Source: a virus (Duplodnaviria; Caudoviricetes). Taken from it: a DNA stretch of 41,739 bases. The DNA is taken from IMG/VR virus record IMGVR_UViG_3300043414_000157, positions 1 through 41,739 of that record. One strand, given 5' to 3'. Each line of letters starts with the position of its first letter. The stretch's first letter is position 1. A program made the translations under genes and the position numbers. The notes under the pieces are model-generated. The model was not told the DNA's origin and searched no databases. It saw only the letters and a program-made list of their open reading frames with translations. Positions 1 through 8,447 of the stretch are shown here, piece by piece.

Positions 1-115
1 AAGGTTAAGCCTGTGCCAGCCGTATAGGTTTGACTTGCCGCAAACTCAATAAATACAAGACTTGTCGTGCCAATAGTGATTGGCAGAGGTGTCTGTTGAA
101 CCCATGATGTATTGG
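1..115. repeat. 115-bp exact direct repeat, copy 1 (identical to 38672-38786), followed by ~465 bp of diverged gap-free homology
   Basis: Base-by-base comparison. First mismatch at 116 (t) vs 38787 (c). Colinear similarity continues to about 580/39251. Confidence 0.97.
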
Positions 116-1679
116 TATTAACTGTTCCACTGATTACAAGAAGGTAATCTCCCTGATCTACTTCATTCGTTCCTGATCCGCTTGAATCGTAGTCTGTTGC
201 CCTTGTTAAAATATAAGGCAACACTGCTGTTCCTGCTTGCGTCAGTACATATACGCCATTGTTTGCAGTGGTAACCTCATTCTTAATCAGCAATCGCTTA
301 CCTACATCGCCAATGACCAGCGTATAACCGTCAATGGTCAAAGTACCAACCGCCATAGCCGTTAAGGTAGCTCCAACTCCGCTTGCGCCATTGTTATAGG
401 TGTTTGCAGCTAATGCCGCTGTTGTTGCGTAGTTACAAGCTGCATGAAAGTTAACACCAGATGCAATTGAATCTGCATAGGATTTGTTGACAATATCACT
501 GCTTGAACTTGGGGTAGTAGTAATTGTTCCAGTGGTTAATGCTACTGAGGTTAAATCTGTATTTGCACCACTTTTAGCTAAACTCAATGCGGTTCTGGTA
601 TTTGTAGGAGTGTTCTTTTCCCACAATGATGTACTGGTGTTATAGATAAGAATGTCACCATTGCTAGGAGATTGAGCAGACACATTGTGCAACTCATCCA
701 TCTCATAGCCGTTTTGCACTTTGACAAACAATTTACCTTGAGTTGGATGGGCGTGTTCAACAACAGCAACATAAACTAAGTGAATAGGTGCATAAGGTTT
801 AGTAGCTGTATAACCACCAGCAGTTGTTCCACTTAAATATAGTTGCTCTCCATCTGTATAAGCAGACGTATCTAAGTTGGTAACTAAACCAATAATGGTC
901 ACATAACCATTAGAATTATTGGCTAAATTAGCACTCATCACGCCTAATGTTTGAGCAGATGTTGTATCTGATGTTGCAATGGCTTTAGTAACAGTTGGGT
1001 TTTGACCAATAGCACCATTAATATAAACAACAGTGCCTTTAGTAAGAGTTGCTCCTGTATTATTCCTAACTAAACAAACTACGTTGGTAGTCGATGCTGC
1101 TACTGCAACTGATAAATCCACTACACCACTAGTTGTAGTTACAGCAACTGAACCATCAGTAGATGTAACAGAAGTAATACCACCCCCACCTAATGCATCT
1201 ATTTGATTCTGTAAATCAACTAAAGCATCTGTAACAGATTGTGAGACACCACCACTTCTAGCAATAACTTGAAACTTCTCTACTGTGTTTTGAGGAAGAA
1301 TGTCACCAACATTTATTTCTTTACCATCAGAAAAAATGATACTGAGGCTTCCATCAAACTCAAGACGGGCATCTACAATAGAAACGCCATCTTTACCATC
1401 TTGTCCATCTTTGCCGTCTTTGCCATCTCTACCATCTTTGCCTTGAATACCATCAACACCCTTATCTCCTTTATCACCTTTCATTCCTTGCTCAGGAACT
1501 TGTAAAGCAATAGAAGATATTTGAGTTCTGATTTCTTCTTTAAACTTTTTAATAGAAGAAGCAATAAGGTCAACAGCACTAACAACAACATCTTGTTCTT
1601 GTTGTACTTTCTTTTCTATGTTCTGCTCAAGCTCACTAGCTAAAGCCCGTACTGCTTTTAGTTTTTTAATATCGTCCAT
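1..1679 (-). CDS. Tail/collar fibre protein, N-terminal part (missing from the ORF track). Continues through the circular junction into 38671..37573, giving 925 aa
   Basis: ATG at 1679 overlaps the portal stop (TAATG). I translated the frame open to position 1: MDDIKKLKAVRALASELEQ..., 12 collagen-like G-X-Y triplets, then Thr/Gly/Ser-rich fibre sequence ending ...FIEFAASQTYTAGTGLT. It is in frame with the 37573..40164 ORF across the 115-bp repeat. Confidence 0.85.
   Translation of the reverse strand, partial: MDDIKKLKAVRALASELEQNIEKKVQQEQDVVVSAVDLIASSIKKFKEEIRTQISSIALQVPEQGMKGDKGDKGVDGIQGKDGRDGKDGKDGQDGKDGVSIVDARLEFDGSLSIIFSDGKEINVGDILPQNTVEKFQVIARSGGVSQSVTDALVDLQNQIDALGGGGITSVTSTDGSVAVTTTSGVVDLSVAVAASTTNVVCLVRNNTGATLTKGTVVYINGAIGQNPTVTKAIATSDTTSAQTLGVMSANLANNSNGYVTIIGLVTNLDTSAYTDGEQLYLSGTTAGGYTATKPYAPIHLVYVAVVEHAHPTQGKLFVKVQNGYEMDELHNVSAQSPSNGDILIYNTSTSLWEKNTPTNTRTALSLAKSGANTDLTSVALTTGTITTTPSSSSDIVNKSYADSIASGVNFHAACNYATTAALAANTYNNGASGVGATLTAMAVGTLTIDGYTLVIGDVGKRLLIKNEVTTANNGVYVLTQAGTAVLPYILTRATDYDSSGSGTNEVDQGDYLLVISGTVNTNTSWVQQTPLPITIGTTSLVFIEFAASQTYTAGTGLT
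1380..1487 (-). repeat. Collagen-like (G-X-Y)12 repeat in the fibre protein
   Basis: GMK GDK GDK GVD GIQ GKD GRD GKD GKD GQD GKD GVS. Confidence 0.9.
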
Positions 1680-3703
1680 TAAGCACCTAATTTGTTAGCC
1701 AGATCTTTTAAAATTTCAGCATTATTAGTTGTACTATCAGCCATCTGTTTAGAAACAATAGCTTCTTTACTGGCTATCTCTCGCTCTTTCAAGACAAGTT
1801 CTGCCAACTTAGCACGTTTCTCAAACTCTTTATCGTCTTGATTACCCACTTGTAGATTAGAAGAGATGGCACGAATGCGATCATTCTCCAGCTTGGTAGG
1901 AATTGCCTGTGTTTCTGCTTGCAGTTTTACTGCTCTGCTCTGGCTTTCAGCAGCCTGTGCCTGATATAGGGCTGTCTGAGCCTGTGCTCCTGCCATTTGT
2001 GCTTCCATCTGTGCTTGCTGCACAGCTTGTGCTTGTGGGTTTGGCTTATTCATCTCACGAAGCTGGCTAATCATGGTTTCTCTATTAGACAAGCTCATAT
2101 TCTCAATGACAGCTTCCACTAACATGGGATACATTGGGCTGTTTTGTCCCAAGGTTTGCAGGAGTTGCACCAATTGTGTCACTTCATACTCACGAGCAAT
2201 GACACCAAGACTGCTAGAAGCTACAAACTTATAGTCTTGTGCAGGAAAATTGTCTGGATCATATTGCATATAACGCCATGCAACCTTGCTAACCAGAGGA
2301 ATAAGGAAGGAGTCTTGGAAATTAATTAATGTACGCTTATGACGCTTTATAATAGCTCCCAGAGACATGCTTACAGCCCCTGCTGCTGCCTCTCCATTAA
2401 TACTTCCGGGAATTCCTGCTGCATCAATGGCTCCAGTAGCCATCTGCACCATGCGTTGGAGACTTTCTGCCTGTGTAAAACTAACTTGGTCAAGGTTGCC
2501 AAACTTAAAGGGCATCATAATCTCAGCAGGATTGCCATTGGTTATGATTGTCTTGCCGGGACGTATCTCAAACTTGGAACCACGAGGCATTCGTGTACCA
2601 TCCATAGCCATCATTGGATGAACAGTGAGTGCCAAGGCATCAATACGAGCACGAAGCTCAGCATCTAAAGCCTTCTGGCTATTATAACCCTTCTCACAAA
2701 TACCACGTCCCCAAAAGCGTCCGGGAACTACATCCCAAGGGAAAGCAATGAGAGGCCTATCTTGCATCATGTAGGGGTTTTCTTCTACCTTTAAGAGCAC
2801 ACCACCATTAGCCACAATGACAATGGCTTCTACATATTCGCTTGGCTCATCAAGTTCATGTTCTTTTGTTCCTTCTTTCTTCTTGCTTTCTTCTTTAGGA
2901 GGAGGCAAGTCCATAGCATCGTTAAACTCTTTACGAGGAACAAGGCCATAATACTTAGTAAGACGTACCTTATCATCTTGATAAATTATCAAGTCTTGGT
3001 CAGGCTCTAGGTCTTGGTCAGGAGCAGCTTCTGAAATATCTACATCACGATAGATGCCCTTCTCAATGAGCATCTCAACCTGATGGCGAGGAACAAACTC
3101 ATCAATGGCTACACCCAAAGCTTCTTCAATAGAGGAGGCAACAGGATCAATCAGGAAGTTCTGTGGTAGAATAGGACGAACCTTGACCACTGTACGTGTT
3201 TTTATGTTAACACCAACAGCTTGCATAGCTCCATCAAGGATTGGTTGTGTAGCTGGTGTAAAGTCTTGCACCTCATCAAGGACAAGTTCAGCCATACCTG
3301 TACCAAACACAGCAGCATTTAACAAACACTCAGCTACAGCCTTACGTGTTTTAGTAAATTTAAACTCTTCGTCTAAAGCATTCTTGGTAAACTCAATGTC
3401 TTGACGCTCTTTATCACGCATGTCATCATAGATGTCAAACCATTTACCACGTCCAAAGGTGGCTTCCTCAACTTCAGCAACGCTACTCTCTACAGCCTGT
3501 TGAAGAGCAGGACTAATAAGCTTACTTCGCTCACTGTCTCGTGTCTTATCAGAGGCACTCCACTGACCACGCCACAAGCGGTAATACTCATCAAACTTTT
3601 CTTGATGGTTTCCAACATAATGGTCACGCCATCTGTCAGCTTTCTCAATAACCCAACCAGCTAAGTCACTACCTTTGTAAGTTTCTTCAACATCAAATTT
3701 CAT
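1679..3703 (-). CDS. Portal (head-tail connector) protein
   Basis: 674 aa directly after terL. Podovirus portal-like motifs (PGRFWGRGICEKGYNSQKALD, RIDALAL, IKRHKRTL) and a Gln/Ala-rich coiled-coil C-terminal barrel. Confidence 0.9.
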   Translation of the reverse strand: MKFDVEETYKGSDLAGWVIEKADRWRDHYVGNHQEKFDEYYRLWRGQWSASDKTRDSERSKLISPALQQAVESSVAEVEEATFGRGKWFDIYDDMRDKERQDIEFTKNALDEEFKFTKTRKAVAECLLNAAVFGTGMAELVLDEVQDFTPATQPILDGAMQAVGVNIKTRTVVKVRPILPQNFLIDPVASSIEEALGVAIDEFVPRHQVEMLIEKGIYRDVDISEAAPDQDLEPDQDLIIYQDDKVRLTKYYGLVPRKEFNDAMDLPPPKEESKKKEGTKEHELDEPSEYVEAIVIVANGGVLLKVEENPYMMQDRPLIAFPWDVVPGRFWGRGICEKGYNSQKALDAELRARIDALALTVHPMMAMDGTRMPRGSKFEIRPGKTIITNGNPAEIMMPFKFGNLDQVSFTQAESLQRMVQMATGAIDAAGIPGSINGEAAAGAVSMSLGAIIKRHKRTLINFQDSFLIPLVSKVAWRYMQYDPDNFPAQDYKFVASSSLGVIAREYEVTQLVQLLQTLGQNSPMYPMLVEAVIENMSLSNRETMISQLREMNKPNPQAQAVQQAQMEAQMAGAQAQTALYQAQAAESQSRAVKLQAETQAIPTKLENDRIRAISSNLQVGNQDDKEFEKRAKLAELVLKEREIASKEAIVSKQMADSTTNNAEILKDLANKLGA

Positions 3704-3711
3704 ATATTTCC

Positions 3712-4959
3712 TTAGTATCCGCTTAGAGCGTCCATTGGTTCATAGAGTTCTTCTTCATATTCTGTTACATAGCTTTGCTTACTTAGCTGTTCTATGTAGC
3801 TCAGGGCATCAAGCAAGTCATCATGCACAAGAGTATTTGGAAACTGAAAGAGTTGGTCAAGAAACTGTATGTTCCATTCTCCCTTATTGAGGACAACCTG
3901 ACCATGCTCAAAACGTCCTTGCAATGCCCAAACAATCCTATCGGTCTTCTTTTTATTTCCATGACTAAGTTCTTCCACTCTGAAGAATGTCTGTGTTCTT
4001 CTCATTATGTCTGACAAATAAGGCATCACTGCTTGTTTAGCAATACCCTTCTCAATTCCTATAGACACTGGCTCATACTTCTTAACAGCAGCAAATATCT
4101 TCTTGGCTGTTTCTTCCACTGTCCAACGTCCAAAGACAATATCCTTAACATACCATCCTGCTCCGCTAGTCTTAACAATAGCTATAGCACTATCATCTAG
4201 CTTCTTGCTTTTACTGCTCTTGCTCTCATCTGCAAAACCAGCTAAGTCAATGGCAATGAAAAAGTCCCCATCAGGTTCTTCCTCATCAAACTTAATCCAT
4301 TCTTCTTTGAAAAGTTCTCCACCCTGTGCTTCAAAGGAGGCCATAAACTCTTGCCTAAAAGCAAAGCTGCTCATATTCTTCTTAGCAGCCTCAATCTCAT
4401 CTGGATCAATTAGAGGGTTATCATAGCTGGTAAAGTGCCAGCTTTTAAATGTAACATCATCTCCTGTCATACCATACTGGTAAAGCTCATAGAAATGATT
4501 TCTGCCCATTGGCGTTCCAATGAACAAGGCATGACCTTTCTGGTCAGCCAAAGCAGGACGTAAGATTTGCTCCCACACCTCTGGCTTCATGTCTGCATAT
4601 TCGTCCATCACCAGAAACTTCAAGGATACTCCTCGCATTGTCTCTGGCCTGTCAGCCCCTTTAAGACTGATGGTAGCTCCATTAATGAGCTTCACCTGTA
4701 AGTTATTAACATGACTACTGGCTATGACAGCATGTCCCACCTCAAGGAGGGTTTGCCACATAATGTCCCTTGCCTGTCCCTGTGTAGGGGCAACATAGAA
4801 CACATGGCCTTTCTCTGTCTGTAAAGCATTGAATAACAACAAGTAGGCAGCTAAGCGGCTCTTACCTGTTCTTCGTCCAGCAGCCACAACCTTGAACCGA
4901 CTCTTGTCGCTCCACACAGTTTGCTGCCACGGCAAGAGCTTAATGTCTAAACTAGTCAT
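3712..4959 (-). CDS. terL: Terminase large subunit
   Basis: Q motif (LLPWQ), Walker A AGRRTGKS, Walker B FLVMDE, coupling motif IGTP, and RNase H-like nuclease acids (AIDLAG, HDDLLDAL). Confidence 0.96.
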   Translation of the reverse strand: MTSLDIKLLPWQQTVWSDKSRFKVVAAGRRTGKSRLAAYLLLFNALQTEKGHVFYVAPTQGQARDIMWQTLLEVGHAVIASSHVNNLQVKLINGATISLKGADRPETMRGVSLKFLVMDEYADMKPEVWEQILRPALADQKGHALFIGTPMGRNHFYELYQYGMTGDDVTFKSWHFTSYDNPLIDPDEIEAAKKNMSSFAFRQEFMASFEAQGGELFKEEWIKFDEEEPDGDFFIAIDLAGFADESKSSKSKKLDDSAIAIVKTSGAGWYVKDIVFGRWTVEETAKKIFAAVKKYEPVSIGIEKGIAKQAVMPYLSDIMRRTQTFFRVEELSHGNKKKTDRIVWALQGRFEHGQVVLNKGEWNIQFLDQLFQFPNTLVHDDLLDALSYIEQLSKQSYVTEYEEELYEPMDALSGY

Positions 4960-5339
4960 TCTTTATAGGCGATGTCTTCAGCCTCTTCTCCACCTGAGAT
5001 GATTGTCTGCTCTCCACCAACACCAGTGATAGTGATAGATACAGCAGCTCTACCACCACCATTCTTGTCCTTCTCGAAATGACTGAGAGGTAACAACCTA
5101 TCCATGATGAGCTTCCATGCTGCTGCTTGATTCTTGTGGTTGTCATCTAAGGCTGCCCCATATATGGCTTCAACAACCTTCTGGCTTCTAGGACTGTTTA
5201 ACATCCTAGAGCGATATTCATTTATAATTGCCTGTTCACCCTTAGGTCTTCCAACAGCATTTCTTTTGCCCGGGGTCTTGGCAACAAGATCTGTTTTCTT
5301 AGGTCGCCCTCTTTTTTTAACAGGAATATCTATGTTCAT
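4956..5339 (-). CDS. terS: Probable terminase small subunit
   Basis: 127 aa immediately upstream of terL with ATGA overlap. Basic N-terminus with KKRGRPKK and GRPKG, a helical core (AAAWKLIMDRLLP) and a C-terminal beta strand. Confidence 0.75.
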   Translation of the reverse strand: MNIDIPVKKRGRPKKTDLVAKTPGKRNAVGRPKGEQAIINEYRSRMLNSPRSQKVVEAIYGAALDDNHKNQAAAWKLIMDRLLPLSHFEKDKNGGGRAAVSITITGVGGEQTIISGGEEAEDIAYKE

Positions 5340-5448
5340 ATGTCCTTCTGTGCGGCTTCTATGCCTCTCTGTGCAGCTTCTATGTTTGAATTATTTTTAG
5401 TAGTTCATGTTTACACGTAACTTCTAAGACAATCTGTACAACTTCTAA

Positions 5449-5464
5449 GTAACTACATAGTTAC
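5449..5464. promoter_or_regulatory. Palindromic motif GTWACT-N4-AGTWAC copy 1 (GTAACTACATAGTTAC)
   Basis: Exact match, in the leader between the terS promoter and terS. Confidence 0.8.
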
Positions 5465-5526
5465 TTTTAAGCCTAGACTTATTTGTTTATAATTAAATAA
5501 GCTTCCTTAATTGCTTATATGTATTT

Positions 5527-5555
5527 ATTATACCATACATTGTGTTAATTGTCAA
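5527..5555 (-). promoter_or_regulatory. Sigma70-type promoter for terS-terL-portal-fibre
   Basis: TTGACA-17 nt-TATAAT, perfect consensus with extended -10 TG. Confidence 0.9.
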
Positions 5556-5852
5556 GCTCTTTCTGTTGCTTTAATGTCTCTTTAGAGTGGGCAGTCTAAT
5601 TCCTTTACTGACTCATGGGTCATTATTACTTTTAGTCATATAGATCAAGGCTTTAATGCTATTTCATTATATGACAATAACCCCCTATTTTAGCCCTTTT
5701 TTGTATGCTATAGGGTTCCGCATATATTGGCACAAGTTGTCCCCCTCCCGGTAGTACTTCTGTGTTACAAATGAGCCTTTTAGGTAGGGGATATGAGAAC
5801 TTTAGAGGTATGAGTACTAATGTGGCAACCACTAGAGCCACCTACAACACAA

Positions 5853-6096
5853 AGTACTACAATGCCCGGTAACTAGCTAGTAACTAATACTTAAGAGTTA
5901 CAGGGAAAGTCCCTAGTATAGTACCTATGGGTTACTGTCACACAATATGCCCCATTATAGGGCAAAACTCACACCTGAGACACCAACATGGTGCAATATA
6001 TAATAATGATAAGCTAAATGCACAGAGATGGTGCAGATATTCTGTAAGCAATAAGTATACAATTCCAGGAAGTTAAGTATATAGTACTACAATGCC
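5853..6096. repeat. 14-bp direct repeat AGTACTACAATGCC (5853-5866 and 6083-6096) in the control region
   Basis: Two identical copies 230 bp apart in non-coding DNA. Confidence 0.8.
5869..5884. promoter_or_regulatory. Palindromic motif copy 2 (GTAACTAGCTAGTAAC)
   Basis: Exact match in the non-coding control region. Confidence 0.8.
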
Positions 6097-6186
6097 AGGA
6101 CTTCTGCAAACAAAGGTACTAGCGACATGACTACTTAAGTATACATGGCACAGCACTTGCATAGTATATAGGGAAGGGCAAAGAAG

Positions 6187-6202
6187 GTTACTAACAAGTA
6201 AC
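6187..6202. promoter_or_regulatory. Palindromic motif copy 3 (GTTACTAACAAGTAAC)
   Basis: Exact match, extends to GGTTACT-AACA-AGTAACC, 30 bp upstream of a TTGACA. Confidence 0.8.
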
Positions 6203-6232
6203 CCTATGAGTCACTCAGGTATTCTAGGGGTG

Positions 6233-6264
6233 TTGACATGAAAACCTAGAATCAGTGTTAGAAT
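6233..6264 (+). promoter_or_regulatory. Possible first early promoter
   Basis: TTGACA at 6233-6238 and TGtTAGAAT (extended -10) at 6256-6264. The 20-nt spacing is non-optimal. The -35 is flanked by the inverted repeat ATTCTAGG...CCTAGAAT. Confidence 0.5.
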
Positions 6265-6288
6265 GAAGACATGTAACAACAAGGGGTT

Positions 6289-6304
6289 GTTACTAGCAAG
6301 TAAC
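6289..6304. promoter_or_regulatory. Palindromic motif copy 4 (GTTACTAGCAAGTAAC)
   Basis: Exact match, just upstream of the RBS of the first early gene. Confidence 0.8.
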
Positions 6305-6322
6305 CTAAACAAGGAAAACGAA

Positions 6323-6874
6323 ATGACAAAGACAAAGAAAACCGAAGGAGCAACACCAGAAGCCTTAGGTGCGGCTTTCGCATGCGAGCAAGCTAACGTA
6401 AACGGCAAGCTTCTGAAAACCCTTAAAGAGACAATAGGGGTTTTCACAGTAGAAAATAAAGCAGAATACGAGGCTATGATTGAAGGGTATGGCACTCAGG
6501 CAAAAAGTCTCTACAATGCCAACACTGCCAAAGTCAGAAAGTCAGAATTCAAGAAGATATGCGACCATGCTTCAGGACAAGAAACAAGAAACACATTGTT
6601 TAATATCATCGACAATTATGAGAGTGTTCAAAGCCTAGTTAAAGATTTAAGGGGTTTAGAATCGGGAAGCAAAATAATTGATGAAGAAGGGAAAGTTACC
6701 AAAGCAGAGAAAGCAGAAAGCGAAGAGACAGAAAGCGAAGAAATTACATTCTCCGATGAAGATAAAATGTTGAATAACTTAGAGATAATTCAACAACTAT
6801 GCTATGAGAAGGGTTATAGAATGGCTTCAGAATTAATTCTTCAGGCCATGGCAAAGATAAACGAGAAGGCATAA
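6323..6874 (+). CDS. First early gene, hypothetical helical protein with an acidic patch (183 aa)
   Basis: AAGGA RBS before the ATG at 6323, preferred over the track start at 6263. Contains EKAESEETESEEITFSDED. No family recognised. Confidence 0.8.
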   Translation: MTKTKKTEGATPEALGAAFACEQANVNGKLLKTLKETIGVFTVENKAEYEAMIEGYGTQAKSLYNANTAKVRKSEFKKICDHASGQETRNTLFNIIDNYESVQSLVKDLRGLESGSKIIDEEGKVTKAEKAESEETESEEITFSDEDKMLNNLEIIQQLCYEKGYRMASELILQAMAKINEKA

Positions 6875-6894
6875 TGCGGGTAGAATCGGAGGGG

Positions 6895-6922
6895 TTGACA
6901 GCTCCTCCGATGCCTGTATAAT
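6895..6922 (+). promoter_or_regulatory. Sigma70-type early promoter with the -35 inside an inverted repeat
   Basis: TTGACA-16 nt-TATAAT. ATCGGAGG(6885-6892)...CCTCCGAT(6904-6911) flanks the -35. Confidence 0.85.
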
Positions 6923-6989
6923 GGTCTTCAGAGCAGAGAGAAAAGCCTAGAAGGTTTTTCCCTACACTTTGTAGGAACATGCAGAGCAT

Positions 6990-7005
6990 GTAACTTGTTA
7001 GTAAC
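6990..7005. promoter_or_regulatory. Palindromic motif copy 5 (GTAACTTGTTAGTAAC)
   Basis: Exact match, just upstream of the RBS of the 7023 gene. Confidence 0.8.
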
Positions 7006-7022
7006 TTTTTAAGGGAGTTTTT

Positions 7023-7271
7023 ATGTTTGATTCTTTGAAGGCTTTTTTTGTAGCGAAGCAGTTTGTCGCTAACCATGGCAATAGATTTTTGACAGTTTAT
7101 GACATGAAGGGGCATCGCCATAATGGGCAGATTGTCAGTCGTGGGTTTTTCAAGGTGTCAGTTAAGCTTGCACATGGTGGACACATTGTCAAAGTTTCCC
7201 CTACTGCTGTTGTACGTGTGCATCGTGACAAGAAACGTTTAGCAGTACAGAAGCAAGCAATTGCAATTTGA
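7023..7271 (+). CDS. Hypothetical basic early protein (82 aa)
   Basis: AAGGGAG RBS, and the ORF fills the space between two intergenic structures. Confidence 0.75.
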   Translation: MFDSLKAFFVAKQFVANHGNRFLTVYDMKGHRHNGQIVSRGFFKVSVKLAHGGHIVKVSPTAVVRVHRDKKRLAVQKQAIAI

Positions 7272-7274
7272 TAG

Positions 7275-7319
7275 GGAGTTATATATAAGCCTACATAGTG
7301 GGCTTATATGTGGCAATCC
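7275..7319 (+). other. Long intergenic RNA stem-loop (17-bp stem); possible RNase III site or attenuator
   Basis: GTTATATATAAGCCTAC-ATA-GTGGGCTTATATGTGGC pairs fully with G-U wobble. No U-tract. Confidence 0.6.
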
Positions 7320-7338
7320 TGCCAGCAAGGAGCATCAA

Positions 7339-7425
7339 ATGACAGATAGACAATTCACAGTTACATGCACCATATTGTTGGTGCTGGTTTGGACAATGAT
7401 ACTTTTGGAGAACGTATATGCTTAG
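7339..7425 (+). CDS. Small single-TM peptide (28 aa, not in track)
   Basis: AAGGAG RBS; MTDRQFTVTCTILLVLVWTMILLENVYA; overlaps the next start. Confidence 0.65.
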   Translation: MTDRQFTVTCTILLVLVWTMILLENVYA

Positions 7426-8050
7426 TAGAACATCAAAGCTTGGCTGTTTTAGTTGGAGCTTGCAAGCCCTTGAGACTTGTCAAGGCTCTATTGGCAAGGA
7501 CGGGCAGCTTGTCGAAGTTTGTCAAGGCTGTTATGCAACACAGGGGTTTTATCACATGCCCGATGCTATAAAGTTGCGTAAAAACAACAAGGAAGACTGG
7601 CAAACTGATGATTGGGTGGCTCGCATGGTCAAAGCCCTTGTCAAGCAGAAGAAATTTCGATGGTTTGACAGTGGAGATATTTATTCTGTTGATTTGGCAT
7701 GGAAAATCTACGATGTTTGTAGGCTTACACCACATGTCAAGCACTGGTTGCCCACACGTATGCACAAGTTTGACAAGTATTCCCATGTTTTAGGGGCTTT
7801 GGACAGCTTGCCTAATGTTGTCGTGCGCTTGAGTGCCGACAATGTAGAAGAGCAGATAGCAGGGACAACCACATCGATGGTTATCAAAACACATGAGCAT
7901 AGACGTGGTGTGCACGTGTGCCCTAGTAGTTTGCAAGCTGGCAAGTGTGATACATGCACTGCCTGTTGGAATAAGGACGTGAAGGTTGTTGCATATGTTG
8001 CCCATTCACGTAAGATGGCTAAGGTTTTTCAAATCAAGGAGATGGTATGA
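7418..8050 (+). CDS. GP88-like Cys-rich (probable Fe-S, radical-SAM-like) protein
   Basis: TCQGS...VCQGCYA, FRWFDSGD, HWLPTR, VVRLSA, CP...KCDTCTACW: the motif pattern of the phage gene product 88 family. Confidence 0.8.
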   Translation: MLSRTSKLGCFSWSLQALETCQGSIGKDGQLVEVCQGCYATQGFYHMPDAIKLRKNNKEDWQTDDWVARMVKALVKQKKFRWFDSGDIYSVDLAWKIYDVCRLTPHVKHWLPTRMHKFDKYSHVLGALDSLPNVVVRLSADNVEEQIAGTTTSMVIKTHEHRRGVHVCPSSLQAGKCDTCTACWNKDVKVVAYVAHSRKMAKVFQIKEMV

Positions 8051-8295
8051 GTAAGTTTGCACAAACAAATGCATTGAAGAAGGGGACACGTATTGTCCTG
8101 CGTAATGGGTGGGAAGCTGTGCTTGAAGACAACAAGCGTGGCAGCATACGCATGGCTACAGTGGAGGGATTTTATACAGAGATGGGTAGCATCTATGCCA
8201 ATGACATTGCTGGCTATAAAGAAGGGGACTTCTGGGTGAAGCTTCCCTACATTGGGGAGAACTTTCTAGAGATTTTGATGAGGAAAGCAGCATGA
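8047..8295 (+). CDS. Hypothetical protein (82 aa)
   Basis: AAGGAG RBS, ATGA overlaps at both ends. Confidence 0.75.
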   Translation: MSKFAQTNALKKGTRIVLRNGWEAVLEDNKRGSIRMATVEGFYTEMGSIYANDIAGYKEGDFWVKLPYIGENFLEILMRKAA

Positions 8296-8447
8296 TAACA
8301 GTAGACCAGTTGTACGCATGGATGGGTTCTGATACCTTGAAGGTACACGACCTAACTGAGTTGTTGCTTGAGGTAATCAATGGGCATTACCCAGTACAGG
8401 TGTTACGCCAAGACATATCCGATTACATAACACAGAAGGTGGAATAA
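8292..8447 (+). CDS. Hypothetical protein (51 aa, not in track)
   Basis: MITVDQLYAWMGSDTLKVHDLTELLLEVINGHYPVQVLRQDISDYITQKVE; ATGA and TAATG couplings. Confidence 0.7.
   Translation: MITVDQLYAWMGSDTLKVHDLTELLLEVINGHYPVQVLRQDISDYITQKVE

Noticed and set aside
1-115. Biological direct terminal repeat
   Set aside because: It lies inside a coding sequence and ends exactly where two variants diverge, as expected for an assembly overlap. True ends are more likely in 5340-6322.
1-580. Diversity-generating retroelement (TR/VR pair) suggested by the duplicated fibre segment
   Set aside because: No reverse transcriptase gene. The differences are mostly synonymous third-position changes of all base types, not adenine-specific, and the repeat is mid-gene.
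5340-6322. CRISPR array or tRNA in the non-coding region
   Set aside because: The repeats are short, few and irregularly spaced, and I found no cloverleaf with T-loop/D-loop consensus.
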